This document shows, piece after piece, positions 1-9,968 of a stretch of DNA of 48,688 nucleotides. A program made the position numbers and the translations under genes. Every line of letters begins with the position of its first letter. Position 1 is the stretch's first letter. The DNA comes from Chloroflexota bacterium. Its GTDB lineage: Bacteria > Chloroflexota > Anaerolineae > Anaerolineales > UBA4823. The DNA is taken from assembly GCA_037444705.1 (NCBI GenBank), contig JBBILY010000004.1:1-48688 (forward strand), read 5' to 3'. The notes below the pieces were generated by a model, which saw only the letters and a list, made by a program, of their open reading frames with translations, ran no database searches and was not told the origin of the DNA.

Positions 1-383
1 TGGTAAGATACGCTGGCGAAGTTGAAGCCCATGCCCCAGGCGCCAAAAACTAACACTCCTAACCCGACGCCAGCCCAAAAATTATGGGCGAAAAGAAAGG
101 CTGCCAGAGGCGATAAGATCACCCCCGCCACACATAGAAGTAACCCTAGAAGGATATAGGGCGTGCGGCGTAACCCAAGTAAGGGATGGCGATCGGAAAA
201 CGAACCAATGGCAACCTGAATGGGAGAAAACAGGTAGGGGAGAGAAGCCAGGATGGCTACCAGGGCGGCTGAAACAGCCAGTTCTTTAATCATCACGCGG
301 TTCAAAGTGCTGTTAATTGGCACCAGGGTCATAGCGACAGCCACATGCACCAGACCTAATTGAAAGCGTTTAAGCCACATCAT
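1..383 (-). CDS. MFS transporter, BCD (PucC/LhaA-like) family, N-terminal part; the 3' end lies beyond the window start
   Basis: My own reverse-strand translation from ATG 383 (or 380) reads MMWLKRFQLGLVHVAVAMTLVPINSTLNRVMIKELAVSAALVAILASLPYLFSPIQVAIGSFSDRHPLLGLRRTPYILLG... This fits the conserved TLNRVMI.EL / IG.xSD.H / RR.PYI N-terminal pattern of PucC/LhaA-type MFS proteins. The frame is open to position 1. It is absent from the ORF track because no stop lies in the window. Confidence 0.7.
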   Translation of the reverse strand, partial: MMWLKRFQLGLVHVAVAMTLVPINSTLNRVMIKELAVSAALVAILASLPYLFSPIQVAIGSFSDRHPLLGLRRTPYILLGLLLCVAGVILSPLAAFLFAHNFWAGVGLGVLVFGAWGMGFNFASVSY

Positions 384-513
384 AACTCTCTGAAGATCGA
401 GGGTGGGGGTAATTCTACCCAAATTTATCAAGTATTTTAGCAGATCGTCAATGTAAGTTTACGTAGATTTTCTATAGAGAAAAGTGAGGATAGACTCTCC
501 CCCTAACCTACGC

Positions 514-1920
514 TCAGTCCGTTTGCTCCATAAGCAAGGCCTGTTCCAGCGCCTGGCGCAGCGAACGCACCTCGATGACCTGAATCCCCTCTGGCCAGGG
601 TTCGCCGCGGCGCATGCGCCGCGGGACAATGGCGACTTTAAAGCCCAGATTAGCGGCTTCGCGCAGTCGGGCTTCCATCTGTCCTACCATACGGAGTTCA
701 CCAGAGAGGCCCACCTCGCCGATCAACACCGTATCGGCGCGCACTGGAGCGTTGCGGGCTGAGGAGGCAATCGCCGCGGCAATGGCCAGATCAGCCGCCG
801 GCTCATCCACCTGCAGGCCTCCCACCACATTGACGAAGATATCCTGATCGCCCAGGCGCAAACCAACGCGCCGCGTGAGCACGGCCACAATCAACAACAG
901 GCGGTTGAAATCCACACCGTTGGAGGTGCGCCGCGGGTTTTGGAAAGAGGTGGACGTAGTCAGGCCTTGAATCTCAACCAACAGAGGGCGCGTACCCTCC
1001 ATGGTCACCGCCACCGCCGAACCGGGTGTGTTCACCAAACGCTCGGCGAGAAAAGCCTCGGAGGGATTGGGCACCTCGGTCATGCCACGTTCGCGCATCT
1101 CAAATACGCCCACTTCGGAGGTCGCCCCAAAGCGATTTTTGACCGAGCGCAGCAGTCGGTAAGACTGAAAACGGTCGCCTTCGAGATAGAGCACGGTGTC
1201 CACAATATGCTCGAGGATACGCGGCCCGGCAATAGCGCCCTCTTTGGTCACATGCCCGATCAAAAACACGGTGATGCCCGAAGATTTGGCCAGTTCTCGC
1301 AGGCGTGAAGCGCACTCACGCACCTGAGAAACCGAACCCGCGGATGATTCCAGTTCGGGCAAGAGGGTGGTCTGAATCGAATCGATGACCAGCAAGCGGG
1401 GTTTGATCTCGGTCACGTGTTCCAGGATAACATCCAGGTTGGTTTCGGTCACCAGATACAGGTCTTCGGGGAAGGGCATACTATTCCCGTCACTATCACG
1501 CTGCAGGCGCAAGGTACGCATCTTAATCTGCCGCGTTGACTCCTCCCCTGAAACATAGAGCACCGGAACCTGGGAAGCCAGGCTCAAGGCCACCTGCAAC
1601 AAGAGGGTTGACTTGCCAATACCTGGGTCGCCGCCAATCAACACCACCGAACCGGGCACAATCCCACCACCCAACACCCGTGCAAATTCGCCCATAGAGA
1701 GGGGCAGGCGCTCTTCGACCTCTTCTCCAATATCGGCCAGACGTTGCGGCGCAGAGCGTCCTGTCAGGAGGTACGTTGGTCGGGTTGTGGTTGCCGCGGG
1801 TGGGGAAACCACCTCCTCGACCATGCTGTTCCAGGCGCCGCACTGCGGGCAGCGCCCCATGCTGCGCACCGAGACTCGGCCGCATTGCTGGCATACATAT
1901 TGGGTATAAGTTTTGGGCAT
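514..1920 (-). CDS. radA: DNA repair protein RadA/Sms
   Basis: N-terminal zinc ribbon CQQCG..CPQCGAWNS, Walker A GGDPGIGKSTLLLQV, the KNRFG motif (LRSVKNRFGATSEVGVFEM) and a Lon-like C-terminal domain. The track ORF extends to 1938. MPKTYTQYVCQQCG at 1920 is the family-typical start. Confidence 0.93.
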   Translation of the reverse strand: MPKTYTQYVCQQCGRVSVRSMGRCPQCGAWNSMVEEVVSPPAATTTRPTYLLTGRSAPQRLADIGEEVEERLPLSMGEFARVLGGGIVPGSVVLIGGDPGIGKSTLLLQVALSLASQVPVLYVSGEESTRQIKMRTLRLQRDSDGNSMPFPEDLYLVTETNLDVILEHVTEIKPRLLVIDSIQTTLLPELESSAGSVSQVRECASRLRELAKSSGITVFLIGHVTKEGAIAGPRILEHIVDTVLYLEGDRFQSYRLLRSVKNRFGATSEVGVFEMRERGMTEVPNPSEAFLAERLVNTPGSAVAVTMEGTRPLLVEIQGLTTSTSFQNPRRTSNGVDFNRLLLIVAVLTRRVGLRLGDQDIFVNVVGGLQVDEPAADLAIAAAIASSARNAPVRADTVLIGEVGLSGELRMVGQMEARLREAANLGFKVAIVPRRMRRGEPWPEGIQVIEVRSLRQALEQALLMEQTD

Positions 1921-1995
1921 GAGGTTATTATAATGCAAAGACCTGGCAGGCTACGAAAGCCTGCCAGGTCTTACAAGCGGTTTAGAAGAGACAGC

Positions 1996-4479
1996 TTAAG
2001 AGGGGGTAGCCAGCGTCTCTTGCGGGGCGCGTTCTTCGAAGCGACGCAATTTAATTTCGCCCTCCACTACGTCCACCAAAACAGCATCGCCATCGTCAAA
2101 TTCGCCCGCCAGCAGGGCATCAGAGAGAGGGTCTTCGACCTTCTGCTGAATGATGCGGCGCAGAGGCCGGGCGCCCATCTCCGGGTCATAGCCCAACTCG
2201 GCCAGGAGATCAATGGCTGCAGGCGAGGCACTCAGGGAGATCTCGTGCTCCCGCAGGCGGAAACTGACCTTGTCCAGTTCCAGCTGGACGATCTTCTTAA
2301 TGTCTTCTTTGTTCAGCGAGCGGAAGACGATTACGGCATCCAGGCGGTTGATGAACTCCGGGCGGAAGACGCGCTTAAGCGCCTCCAGGAGTTTCTTGCG
2401 CATCTCCTCGTACGCCATGCGCTCTTCGGTTTGCTCATCGCGCTTCAGGGCGAAGCCAATAGACGTCTGGCGCTTGATCATATCCGCTCCAACGTTGGAG
2501 GTCATGACGATGATGGCGTTGCGGAAGTCCACTTTGCGCCCACGCGCATCCGAGAGGTGGCCCTCTTCCATGATCTGTAGCAGCATGTTGTGAGCCTCTG
2601 GGTGGGCTTTTTCGATCTCATCGAAGACTACGATGGAATAAGGGCGGCGGCGTAAGGCCTCAGTGAGTTGTCCGGCATCCTCATATCCCACATAGCCGGG
2701 AGGCGCACCCACCAGACGGCTCACCGTATGCCGCTCCATAAATTCAGACATATCCAGTTGGATCAAGGCTTCTTCACTGCCAAACAGGAAGCGCGCCATG
2801 GCCTTGGTCAATTCGGTTTTACCCACACCAGTTGGTCCCAGGAAGATGAAGGAACCAATGGGGCGGCGCGGGTCCTTCAAGCCGGCACGGGCGCGCCGCA
2901 CCGCTTTGGAGATAGCCTGGATAGCCTCTTCCTGACCGATGATGTATTTGCTCAATTCGGCTTCCATCTGTAACAGGCGTTGAGATTCCTCCTGGGCAAT
3001 CTGCATCACCGGTACGCCAGTCCACATGGAGACCACCTCAGCGATGTCATCCGCGGAGACCACCGGGCTGTTCGAACGATCCCAAACGGTACGCATGCGC
3101 TCCAATTGTCGTTCTAGAGCCTCAATGCGCTCCAGGTATTCCTGGGCGTCATCATAGCGGTTGTCTTCCAGCGCCATGGCGTGGTTCTGACGCAACTCGC
3201 GCAACTCTTCCATGATCTCTTTGGTGGTCTTGGCGGCTGCGCTCTTGTACATGCGGACGCGTGAAGAGGTTTCGTCAATCAGATCAATGGCTTTATCTGG
3301 CAGGAAGCGCTCGGTGACATAGCGCGCCGAAAGGCGCACCGCCGCCACCAAGGCTTCGTCGGAGATGGTGAGACGATGATGTTCTTCATAGGCGCTGCGG
3401 ATACCGCGCAGGATTTCAATGGCCTCTTCCTCAGTTGGCTCTTCAACCATAATGGGTTGGAAGCGGCGTTCGAGGGCAGCATCGCTCTCAATATATTTGC
3501 GATATTCATCCAAAGTGGTGGCGCCAATAACCTGAAGTTCGCCGCGCGAGAGAGCCGGCTTTAAGATATTGGCTGCGTCCACCGATGAGCCGGCCGCCCC
3601 CGCGCCCACCAACATATGCACTTCGTCAATGAAGAGGATGGCACCTGACGACTTGAGTTCATCAATGACGCGTTTGAGGCGCTCTTCAAACTGGCCGCGA
3701 TACATAGTGCCCGCCACCAGTGAGCCAACATCTAATTGCAGCACTCGCTTACCTAAAAGAGGCGCCGGCACATCGCCATCCACAATGCGTTGTGCCAACC
3801 CTTCCACAATGGCTGTCTTGCCAACGCCGGGCTCACCAATTAGGGCCGGATTGTTTTTAGTGCGACGGGCCAGCACCTGGATCACGCGTTCGATCTCCAT
3901 CTGGCGGCCGATCACGGGGTCGAGTTTACCCTCTTCGGCCAAGGCGGTCAGATCCGTGGCTAATTGGTCCACCATGGGCGTCTTTGGCTTCTGTTGTTCA
4001 ACCCGGCCAGCCTTCTGGGGTTCTGCGGTGCTAGTGCGACGCGAAGCAGTGCTCTCTTGCAAGACGCGGCGCGTCTGGCGGCGAATCTGCTCTGGCGTCA
4101 CGCCCAGGCGGCGCAGCACATCCAACGCCACACCCTCGCCATAACGCACCAGGCCTAACAACAGGTGTTCCGTGCCAATGTAATGATGCCCCATACGCCG
4201 GGCTTCATCCACGGCATATTCCAAAACTTGTTGCGTGCCAGGCGATAGATCCAACTTGCCTCCGCGGTACTGCCCGGTGCCGGTCAGGCGTTCGACGATC
4301 TCTTGCACACGATCGGGCTCCAGGCCCAATTCTCGCAATACCCGTCCGGCAACGCCCCCTTCTTCGCGGATCAGACCCAGAAGCAGGTGCTCGGTACCAA
4401 TATAATTATGACGCATGCGCTCGGCCTCTTGATGGGCCAGGCTGAGCACCCGTCTTGCCCGTTGTGTAAAACGTTCCAT
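1996..4479 (-). CDS. clpC: ATP-dependent Clp protease ATP-binding subunit ClpC (class III stress AAA+ chaperone)
   Basis: Duplicated Clp_N repeats ([11 protein letters not shown] twice), two AAA+ modules ([15 protein letters not shown] and [15 protein letters not shown]) and a middle coiled-coil region. The start is taken at [12 protein letters not shown] with GGAGG upstream. The track ORF extends to 4542. Confidence 0.93.
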   Translation of the reverse strand: MERFTQRARRVLSLAHQEAERMRHNYIGTEHLLLGLIREEGGVAGRVLRELGLEPDRVQEIVERLTGTGQYRGGKLDLSPGTQQVLEYAVDEARRMGHHYIGTEHLLLGLVRYGEGVALDVLRRLGVTPEQIRRQTRRVLQESTASRRTSTAEPQKAGRVEQQKPKTPMVDQLATDLTALAEEGKLDPVIGRQMEIERVIQVLARRTKNNPALIGEPGVGKTAIVEGLAQRIVDGDVPAPLLGKRVLQLDVGSLVAGTMYRGQFEERLKRVIDELKSSGAILFIDEVHMLVGAGAAGSSVDAANILKPALSRGELQVIGATTLDEYRKYIESDAALERRFQPIMVEEPTEEEAIEILRGIRSAYEEHHRLTISDEALVAAVRLSARYVTERFLPDKAIDLIDETSSRVRMYKSAAAKTTKEIMEELRELRQNHAMALEDNRYDDAQEYLERIEALERQLERMRTVWDRSNSPVVSADDIAEVVSMWTGVPVMQIAQEESQRLLQMEAELSKYIIGQEEAIQAISKAVRRARAGLKDPRRPIGSFIFLGPTGVGKTELTKAMARFLFGSEEALIQLDMSEFMERHTVSRLVGAPPGYVGYEDAGQLTEALRRRPYSIVVFDEIEKAHPEAHNMLLQIMEEGHLSDARGRKVDFRNAIIVMTSNVGADMIKRQTSIGFALKRDEQTEERMAYEEMRKKLLEALKRVFRPEFINRLDAVIVFRSLNKEDIKKIVQLELDKVSFRLREHEISLSASPAAIDLLAELGYDPEMGARPLRRIIQQKVEDPLSDALLAGEFDDGDAVLVDVVEGEIKLRRFEERAPQETLATPS

Positions 4480-4649
4480 TCCAGCCAAGGTACAACCTCC
4501 CAGATTGTCCGCAGCCATTGTCACCGCTGCGCGACAATCCATTGATTACGAGACTTTTAGTCCAAATGGATTCTACCAGAGTTTGCCAGGAGCAAATGCC
4601 TTTTTAATTATCCACGGTGAACTTTTAACACGATTCTTAGAAATACTTC

Positions 4650-4680
4650 AAAGGCGCACCTGCTATAAGGTGCGCCTTTT
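4650..4680 (-). terminator. Hairpin downstream of rpsA; candidate intrinsic terminator
   Basis: aaaGGCGCACC-tgctataa-GGTGCGCCttt forms an 8-11 bp stem 27 nt after the rpsA stop. The U-tract on the minus-strand transcript is weak (TTTGAAG). The plus strand has T5. Confidence 0.5.
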
Positions 4681-4706
4681 TCGCAAGGGTTTCTCATCAG
4701 TCCATG

Positions 4707-5990
4707 TTATTCTTCTTCAGGAGGGCGGGGTTCTTGGCTCTCTTCTGCTTCTGAACCCTTGAGTTCTTCCACCTCTTCGGCCAGGGCTATCTTCCAATCC
4801 AGATCGGTGTAGGCTGGGGAGTCCACTTTACGCAGGCTCAAGCCAATCCGCCGTCGTTCAGGGTCAATTTTGATCACCCGCAAGGTAACCACATCCCCTT
4901 CCTTCACCACCTCTTTAGGGTGATTAATGCGCTGTTCGCTCAATTCCGAGATGTGGATTAACCCTTCCAGATCTTCTTCCAGGCGGGCAAAAGCGCCAAA
5001 TTTGGTCAGATGGGTGATGGTGCCCTCCACCAATTGCCCTTCGCGCAGATGCTTCACCTTCTTTAGCCAGGGATCTTCCTGGGTCTGTCGGATGGAGAGG
5101 CCAATACGGCGGCGCTCGTGATCAATGCTGATCACTTTAACCTGGACCTCTTGGCCAACTTTGAGCACTTCATTGGGATGGTTGATCCGTTCCCAGGAGA
5201 TTTCGGATAGGTGCACCAGCCCATCAGCACCATCAATATTGACGAAAGCGCCAAAATCAGCCACGCTGGTTACCCGTCCGGTACGGATATCCCCTTCCTT
5301 GAGTTGCTCCAGCAGACGATCCTTGAGGGCCTCACGCGTCTCCTGTAAGGCAGCCCGTTCCGAGAGGATCAGGCGTCGCCGTTCGCGATCCACCTCGATC
5401 ACTTTACAACTAATCGATTCACCCACCATTTTCGACCAACGCTGGTCAGGAGTGTCTCCACCCAGCGCAGCGCGGCGCAGCATGCTGATCTGAGATGAAG
5501 GCACAAAACCCCGCAGCCGACCAAAACTCACCAGGAAGCCGCCTTTGTTATAGCCAACAATTTTGCTGGTAAAAACCTTGGCCTCTTTCAGCAACTTTTC
5601 AGCCTCTTCCCAGTCTTTCGCCTCACGGGCGCGCACATAGGAGAGCAGAACGTTGCCGTTAGCATCTTCGGGAACCACGATATAAACGGGGATCTCCATC
5701 CCTACCTGGAAGGTGGCGCGCTCCTCAGGCGGAATTTGCTCCAATTCACGTCCAGGAATAATGCCCTCGGACTTGGTGCCCACGCTCACCAGAATTTCGT
5801 TCTCACCAACTGAAGCGATAATTCCGGTACGAATTTCGCCTGCTTTAGGAAGGTCAAATTCCTGCTGCCCTAAAAGGGTCTCCATCGAGTTAGTCTCAGA
5901 ATTTGGCCGTTCCTCGGATGTTGATTGAACTAATGGATGAACTTCGGGCTCCACCCCCTGCCCGGAGAGAATATGATTATTTTCCATCAT
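4707..5990 (-). CDS. rpsA: 30S ribosomal protein S1 (four S1 domains)
   Basis: Four repeated S1/OB modules (GxV..V..fGaFV patterns: GGFLVSFGRLRGFVP, FGAFVNIDGADGLVHLSEIS, FGAFARLEEDLEGLIHISELS). Start taken at ATGATGGAA (5990) with GGAG about 10 nt upstream. The track ORF extends to 6053. Confidence 0.9.
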   Translation of the reverse strand: MMENNHILSGQGVEPEVHPLVQSTSEERPNSETNSMETLLGQQEFDLPKAGEIRTGIIASVGENEILVSVGTKSEGIIPGRELEQIPPEERATFQVGMEIPVYIVVPEDANGNVLLSYVRAREAKDWEEAEKLLKEAKVFTSKIVGYNKGGFLVSFGRLRGFVPSSQISMLRRAALGGDTPDQRWSKMVGESISCKVIEVDRERRRLILSERAALQETREALKDRLLEQLKEGDIRTGRVTSVADFGAFVNIDGADGLVHLSEISWERINHPNEVLKVGQEVQVKVISIDHERRRIGLSIRQTQEDPWLKKVKHLREGQLVEGTITHLTKFGAFARLEEDLEGLIHISELSEQRINHPKEVVKEGDVVTLRVIKIDPERRRIGLSLRKVDSPAYTDLDWKIALAEEVEELKGSEAEESQEPRPPEEE

Positions 5991-6104
5991 TAAGTAAACT
6001 CCGCATACGATTGAGATTGTGTTCATTATAAATCCTAAAAACAAACTTGGCAACCTTTTGATAAGAACAAGAGTGGATTATAATGAAAAAAACAAGAGGT
6101 AAAT

Positions 6105-7208
6105 ATGCCGCCTATTTATCCTTTTACTGCTATTGTTGCCCAAGAGCGGATGAAACGCGCTCTGATTTTGAACGCGGTGGATCCGCGTATTGGTGGAGTG
6201 TTGATACGTGGTGAGCGTGGCACTGCCAAATCCACAGCCGCGCGTGCCCTGGCTGCCCTGCTGCCTAAAGTGGCTGTAGTAGCCGATTGCCGCTTTGGCT
6301 GCGACCCCGATCGGCCTACCACATGGTGTACCGAATGTCGGGAACGCGTGGCCAAGGGTGAATCACTGCCGGTCGAACTGCGTGCTACACCCTTCGTTAA
6401 TCTACCCGTTTCTGCCACAGAGGATCGCGTGGTAGGAACGCTCGATATTGAGAAAGCCATTCAAAAAGGCGAACGCCACTTCGAGCCAGGCATCCTGGCA
6501 GCCGCAAATCGCGGTCTGCTTTACATTGACGAGGTTAACCTGTTAGATGATCACGTTGTAGACGTGCTGCTCGACTCAGCAGCCATGGGGATGAATATCG
6601 TTGAACGTGAGGGCATTTCTTTTGCCCATCCTGCACGTTTTATTCTGGTGGGCACTATGAACCCTGAAGAGGGAGACCTGCGCCCCCAACTGCTGGATCG
6701 GTTTGCCCTATCGGTCGAAATTCACGGTGTACGCGATGCGCGCGAGCGCGTGCTGATCATGGAGCGCAACCTGGCTTTCGAAAGCGATCCCGAAGGATTC
6801 CGCAAACAATGGCTGCCCAAAGAGGAGGAACTCTCACGGCGCATCGAAGAGGCGCGCACCCTGGTGGATAAGGTGACCTATACTCAGCGCGATCTGCTAT
6901 CCATTGCGGCCTTGAGCGCCTCGCTCAATGTAGAAGGCCATCGCGCCGATCTGGTAATCCTGAAGACAGCCCGAGCCCATGCTGCCTTCGAAGGGCGTAA
7001 AGCCATCAGTGAGCGCGATATCATCCTGGCCGCAGAACTGGCCCTGCCACACCGCATCAAGCGCGGCCCCTTCCTCCAGGCCGAAGTCACTATGGAAGAA
7101 CTGCAGGAACGCATCGAACAACTTCAGGGTGCGGCTCTCAGCACGGGCGAACCCGAACCCGTGCCTGAGGAGCGCAAACAACCCAGCCTCGAAAAAAAAA
7201 AGAACTGA
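6105..7208 (+). CDS. Mg-chelatase-type AAA+ ATPase (ChlI/BchI or ChlD N-terminal-like)
   Basis: YPFTAIVAQERMKRALILNAVDPRIGGVLIRGERGTAKSTAARALAALLP, Walker B LLYIDEVNLLDDHVVDVLLD, sensor/arginine-finger region MNPEEGDLRPQLLDRF, and C-terminal LALPHRIKR. The P-loop is GTAKS rather than GTGKS. From memory that form is typical of ChlD N-domains (unverified). The ORF ends in an A10 run (see findings). Confidence 0.85.
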   Translation: MPPIYPFTAIVAQERMKRALILNAVDPRIGGVLIRGERGTAKSTAARALAALLPKVAVVADCRFGCDPDRPTTWCTECRERVAKGESLPVELRATPFVNLPVSATEDRVVGTLDIEKAIQKGERHFEPGILAAANRGLLYIDEVNLLDDHVVDVLLDSAAMGMNIVEREGISFAHPARFILVGTMNPEEGDLRPQLLDRFALSVEIHGVRDARERVLIMERNLAFESDPEGFRKQWLPKEEELSRRIEEARTLVDKVTYTQRDLLSIAALSASLNVEGHRADLVILKTARAHAAFEGRKAISERDIILAAELALPHRIKRGPFLQAEVTMEELQERIEQLQGAALSTGEPEPVPEERKQPSLEKKKN

Positions 7209-8152
7209 TTGGGGAGATACAGGAAGAGGACTCTAAGCAAACCCAAACAGAGTCCTCCTCCCAAAAGATTTTCGAAAGCGGCAACGCCAACTGGTGGGAA
7301 GGCGGGGAGAAGGTCAAGATTGGGCAGACCTTTGTACCACGCCGCATCGAAAATCCCTTAGACAAAATCACGCGCCGCCAGGGAGGTAGGCGCTCGCGCA
7401 CCCTCACCCAGCGCAAGCGCGGACGTTATATCCAGGCGCGCCCCTCGCCAGGCAAAGCAGACGACCTGGCTTTCGACGCCACCTTGAGAGCCGCTGCCCC
7501 CTATCAAAAACAGCGCAGCGAAATGCGCAAACGGGTGGCTTTTGCCATCCGTTCCAGCGACTATCAACGCAAGGTGCGGGTTAAAAAAGCCGCAAACCTG
7601 GTGCTCTTTGTGGTGGATGCCTCCTGGTCCATGGCGGTAGCTGAGAGGATGGCAGCCACCAAAGGCGCCATCCTCTCGCTCCTGACCGATGCCTATCAGC
7701 GGCGCGACCGCGTGGGTCTGGCAGTCTTCCAAAAAGACCGCGCCACGTTAGTCTTACCTCCCACGAATTCTATTCAGTTAGCCAAGCGCGCCCTGGCCGA
7801 TATCCCCGTCGGTGGCAAGACCCCGCTTTCAGCCGGCTTGTATCTGGCTCATCAGGTGATTCAAAAGGAACGCCTGGTGCATCCGGATGTGATGCCGCTG
7901 ATCATCCTGCTCACAGATGGTGCCGGCAACGTCTCGATGAGCGGCTTGCCCCCGCAAGAAGAAGCTCATCTCATCGCCGAGCAAATCGCCGAGGATAACA
8001 TCCGCAGCGTAGTCATCAACATGGAGCATGCTGCTTTTGACCAGGGGCTGGCTCAAGCTCTGGCTCACCATTTGCACGCCCCTTGTTACACCTTGAGCGA
8101 ACTTAAAGCCGAATCGCTCTATCAAAAGGTGCGCGAGGAGATGGCCGGGTAA
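7202..8152 (+). CDS. VWA (integrin-I/MIDAS) domain protein, ChlD/BchD C-terminal-like; the true start is unresolved
   Basis: MIDAS DxSxS (VVDASWSM) and LLTDGAGN. Upstream of the track start (TTG 7484) the same frame encodes family-typical motifs GGRRSRTLTQRKRGRYIQARP...DLAFDATLRAAAPYQ. This frame is open from 7169 and has no ATG/GTG/TTG before 7484. Confidence 0.8.
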   Translation, partial: ELIGEIQEEDSKQTQTESSSQKIFESGNANWWEGGEKVKIGQTFVPRRIENPLDKITRRQGGRRSRTLTQRKRGRYIQARPSPGKADDLAFDATLRAAAPYQKQRSEMRKRVAFAIRSSDYQRKVRVKKAANLVLFVVDASWSMAVAERMAATKGAILSLLTDAYQRRDRVGLAVFQKDRATLVLPPTNSIQLAKRALADIPVGGKTPLSAGLYLAHQVIQKERLVHPDVMPLIILLTDGAGNVSMSGLPPQEEAHLIAEQIAEDNIRSVVINMEHAAFDQGLAQALAHHLHAPCYTLSELKAESLYQKVREEMAG

Positions 8153-8186
8153 ATGGCCTGAGGGGAACGCATTTGTGCGAACGGGG

Positions 8187-9689
8187 ATGAAACTGCTGCA
8201 TTTTTCCTGGCCCTTACTCCTTTTGATAACCCTTACGGCCTGCGCTGCAGATCGCCCCTCTCCTACCAATAGCGATCGGCCAATACCCACGACAGCATTG
8301 ATCACCTCAAGCCCACCCACAACCATCCTGCCAGCAACCCTCGCCCCTTCCCTCTCGCCCACAACACCTGCCGATCTACCCGCCACACCTCTCTCTCACT
8401 ATACTTTAACCGCCGTGCTCAACTACACGCAACATTACCTGGCGGTGGATGAGCAAATTCACTATATCAACCGCAGCGGTGAAACGCTCAATGAATTGCT
8501 GCTCGTCATCGAGCCGCTTAATTATCCGGGCGTTTTCAGACTCAACAGCCTGACCTGGCAAGATGGCCGGCCTATCCAGGGATACACCTTGGATGGTAGC
8601 CAGATGCACCTGCCTCTTGAGCAACCCTTGCCCTCGGGAGCAAGCGCGGATATCTCCCTGACTTATGAACTTTTCCTCCCATCACCTGTCCCCTCACCCG
8701 ATGTCCGCCCTATCCCTTTCGGCTACACTGCCCGTCAGGCAAACCTGGTAGATTGGTACCCTTTCATCCCTCCATACAAGCCCGGCCAGGGCTGGTTGGC
8801 TCACCCACCTGGCTATTTTGGCGAGCATCTGGTCTATGATATTGCCGATTTTGAAGTGAACATCCATCTTCCCCAGGAGCAGCCAACCCTGGTTATCGCG
8901 GCTGCAGCTCCTGGACAACGTGATGGCCAATGGTATCGTTACCGGCATGAAAAGGCGCGCAATTTTGCCTGGTCGGTCAGCCCCGATTACCAGGTGAGAA
9001 CTCACAGCGTGCAAGGGGTAACCATCTCCAGTTACTTTTTCCCCTTTCACCCTCAGGCCGGCGAGGCTGCGCTCAACACCACAGCCGAAGCCCTGACTCT
9101 CTATAGTCAACTCTATGGCCCTTACCCGCGCTCTACATTGAGCGTTGTGGAAGCCGATTTTTTAGATGGCATGGAATTCGATGGCCTGTTTTTCCTCAGC
9201 AATGGTTTTTATAACATCTATCAAGGTACACCAGGCGAATATCTGGTGGCCATCGCCGCCCACGAGACCGCTCATCAATGGTTCTATGCCCTAGTGGGTA
9301 ATGATCAAGCATTGGAGCCCTGGCTGGACGAAGCCCTTTGCACTTACAACGAAAAGGTTTATTACGAACGCCTGCATCCCGAGGCCCTGGATTGGTGGTG
9401 GCAATACCGCGTGCTTTTCTATGAACCCCAGGGATGGATCAACCGTAGCATTTATGAAAGTGGAGGATACCGCGCTTATCGTGACGCAGTTTACCTTAAT
9501 GGTGCCAGATTCTTTGACGATCTGCGAACTACCATGGGCGATCAAGCCTTCTTTACCTTCCTGAGCAAATATGTAAATCAGAGCGCTTACCACATTGCTA
9601 CAAGTAAAGACTTTTTTGACTTGTTAAGGCGTTCATCTCATCAAGACTTATCCTCAATATTTAATACTTATTTCAATAACCCTCCTTAG
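8187..9689 (+). CDS. M1-family (gluzincin) metallopeptidase, probable lipoprotein
   Basis: HETAHQWF followed 18 residues later by E (HExxH-x18-E). Signal peptide with lipobox LLITLTAC. Pro/Thr-rich linker after the Cys. Alternative GTG start at 8175. Confidence 0.8.
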   Translation: MKLLHFSWPLLLLITLTACAADRPSPTNSDRPIPTTALITSSPPTTILPATLAPSLSPTTPADLPATPLSHYTLTAVLNYTQHYLAVDEQIHYINRSGETLNELLLVIEPLNYPGVFRLNSLTWQDGRPIQGYTLDGSQMHLPLEQPLPSGASADISLTYELFLPSPVPSPDVRPIPFGYTARQANLVDWYPFIPPYKPGQGWLAHPPGYFGEHLVYDIADFEVNIHLPQEQPTLVIAAAAPGQRDGQWYRYRHEKARNFAWSVSPDYQVRTHSVQGVTISSYFFPFHPQAGEAALNTTAEALTLYSQLYGPYPRSTLSVVEADFLDGMEFDGLFFLSNGFYNIYQGTPGEYLVAIAAHETAHQWFYALVGNDQALEPWLDEALCTYNEKVYYERLHPEALDWWWQYRVLFYEPQGWINRSIYESGGYRAYRDAVYLNGARFFDDLRTTMGDQAFFTFLSKYVNQSAYHIATSKDFFDLLRRSSHQDLSSIFNTYFNNPP

Positions 9690-9968
9690 ATGAATTCAGT
9701 CGGCTATTCAGATATTCACAGATTGAAACATCGTTTGTAAGATGATAATTGTTAACCGTAGTCATAGTAGAGATGGGGAAAATGTGGAAAGAGCAAACTG
9801 TGGAGGGAAAAGACCCCAGGTATAGGGGAACAGCGGAAAGACGGAATAGATGTGGGATGTTCTGCTGTGAAAATCATCCCCAGATTATTGGGGAAAGAGG
9901 GGTGATAAAAAGCGGGGATTTTGGGATATAGAAGCCGCGGGAAATATTTGGGCAATTATTGAAACTAA

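Noticed and set aside
1744-2580. A 278-aa plus-strand ORF. Similar ORFs lie at 3569..4144, 2213..2593 and 613..847.
   Set aside because: It lies entirely antisense to clpC/radA, whose translations carry unmistakable conserved motifs. Its composition is Arg/Ala/Gly-rich, typical of shadow ORFs in GC-rich coding DNA, and it has no SD or motifs.
9749-9955. A 60-aa (+) ORF and a 67-aa (-) ORF in the long convergent intergenic region.
   Set aside because: There is no SD and the starts are non-ATG or weak. The translations are low-complexity, driven by the purine skew. The region is treated as non-coding instead.
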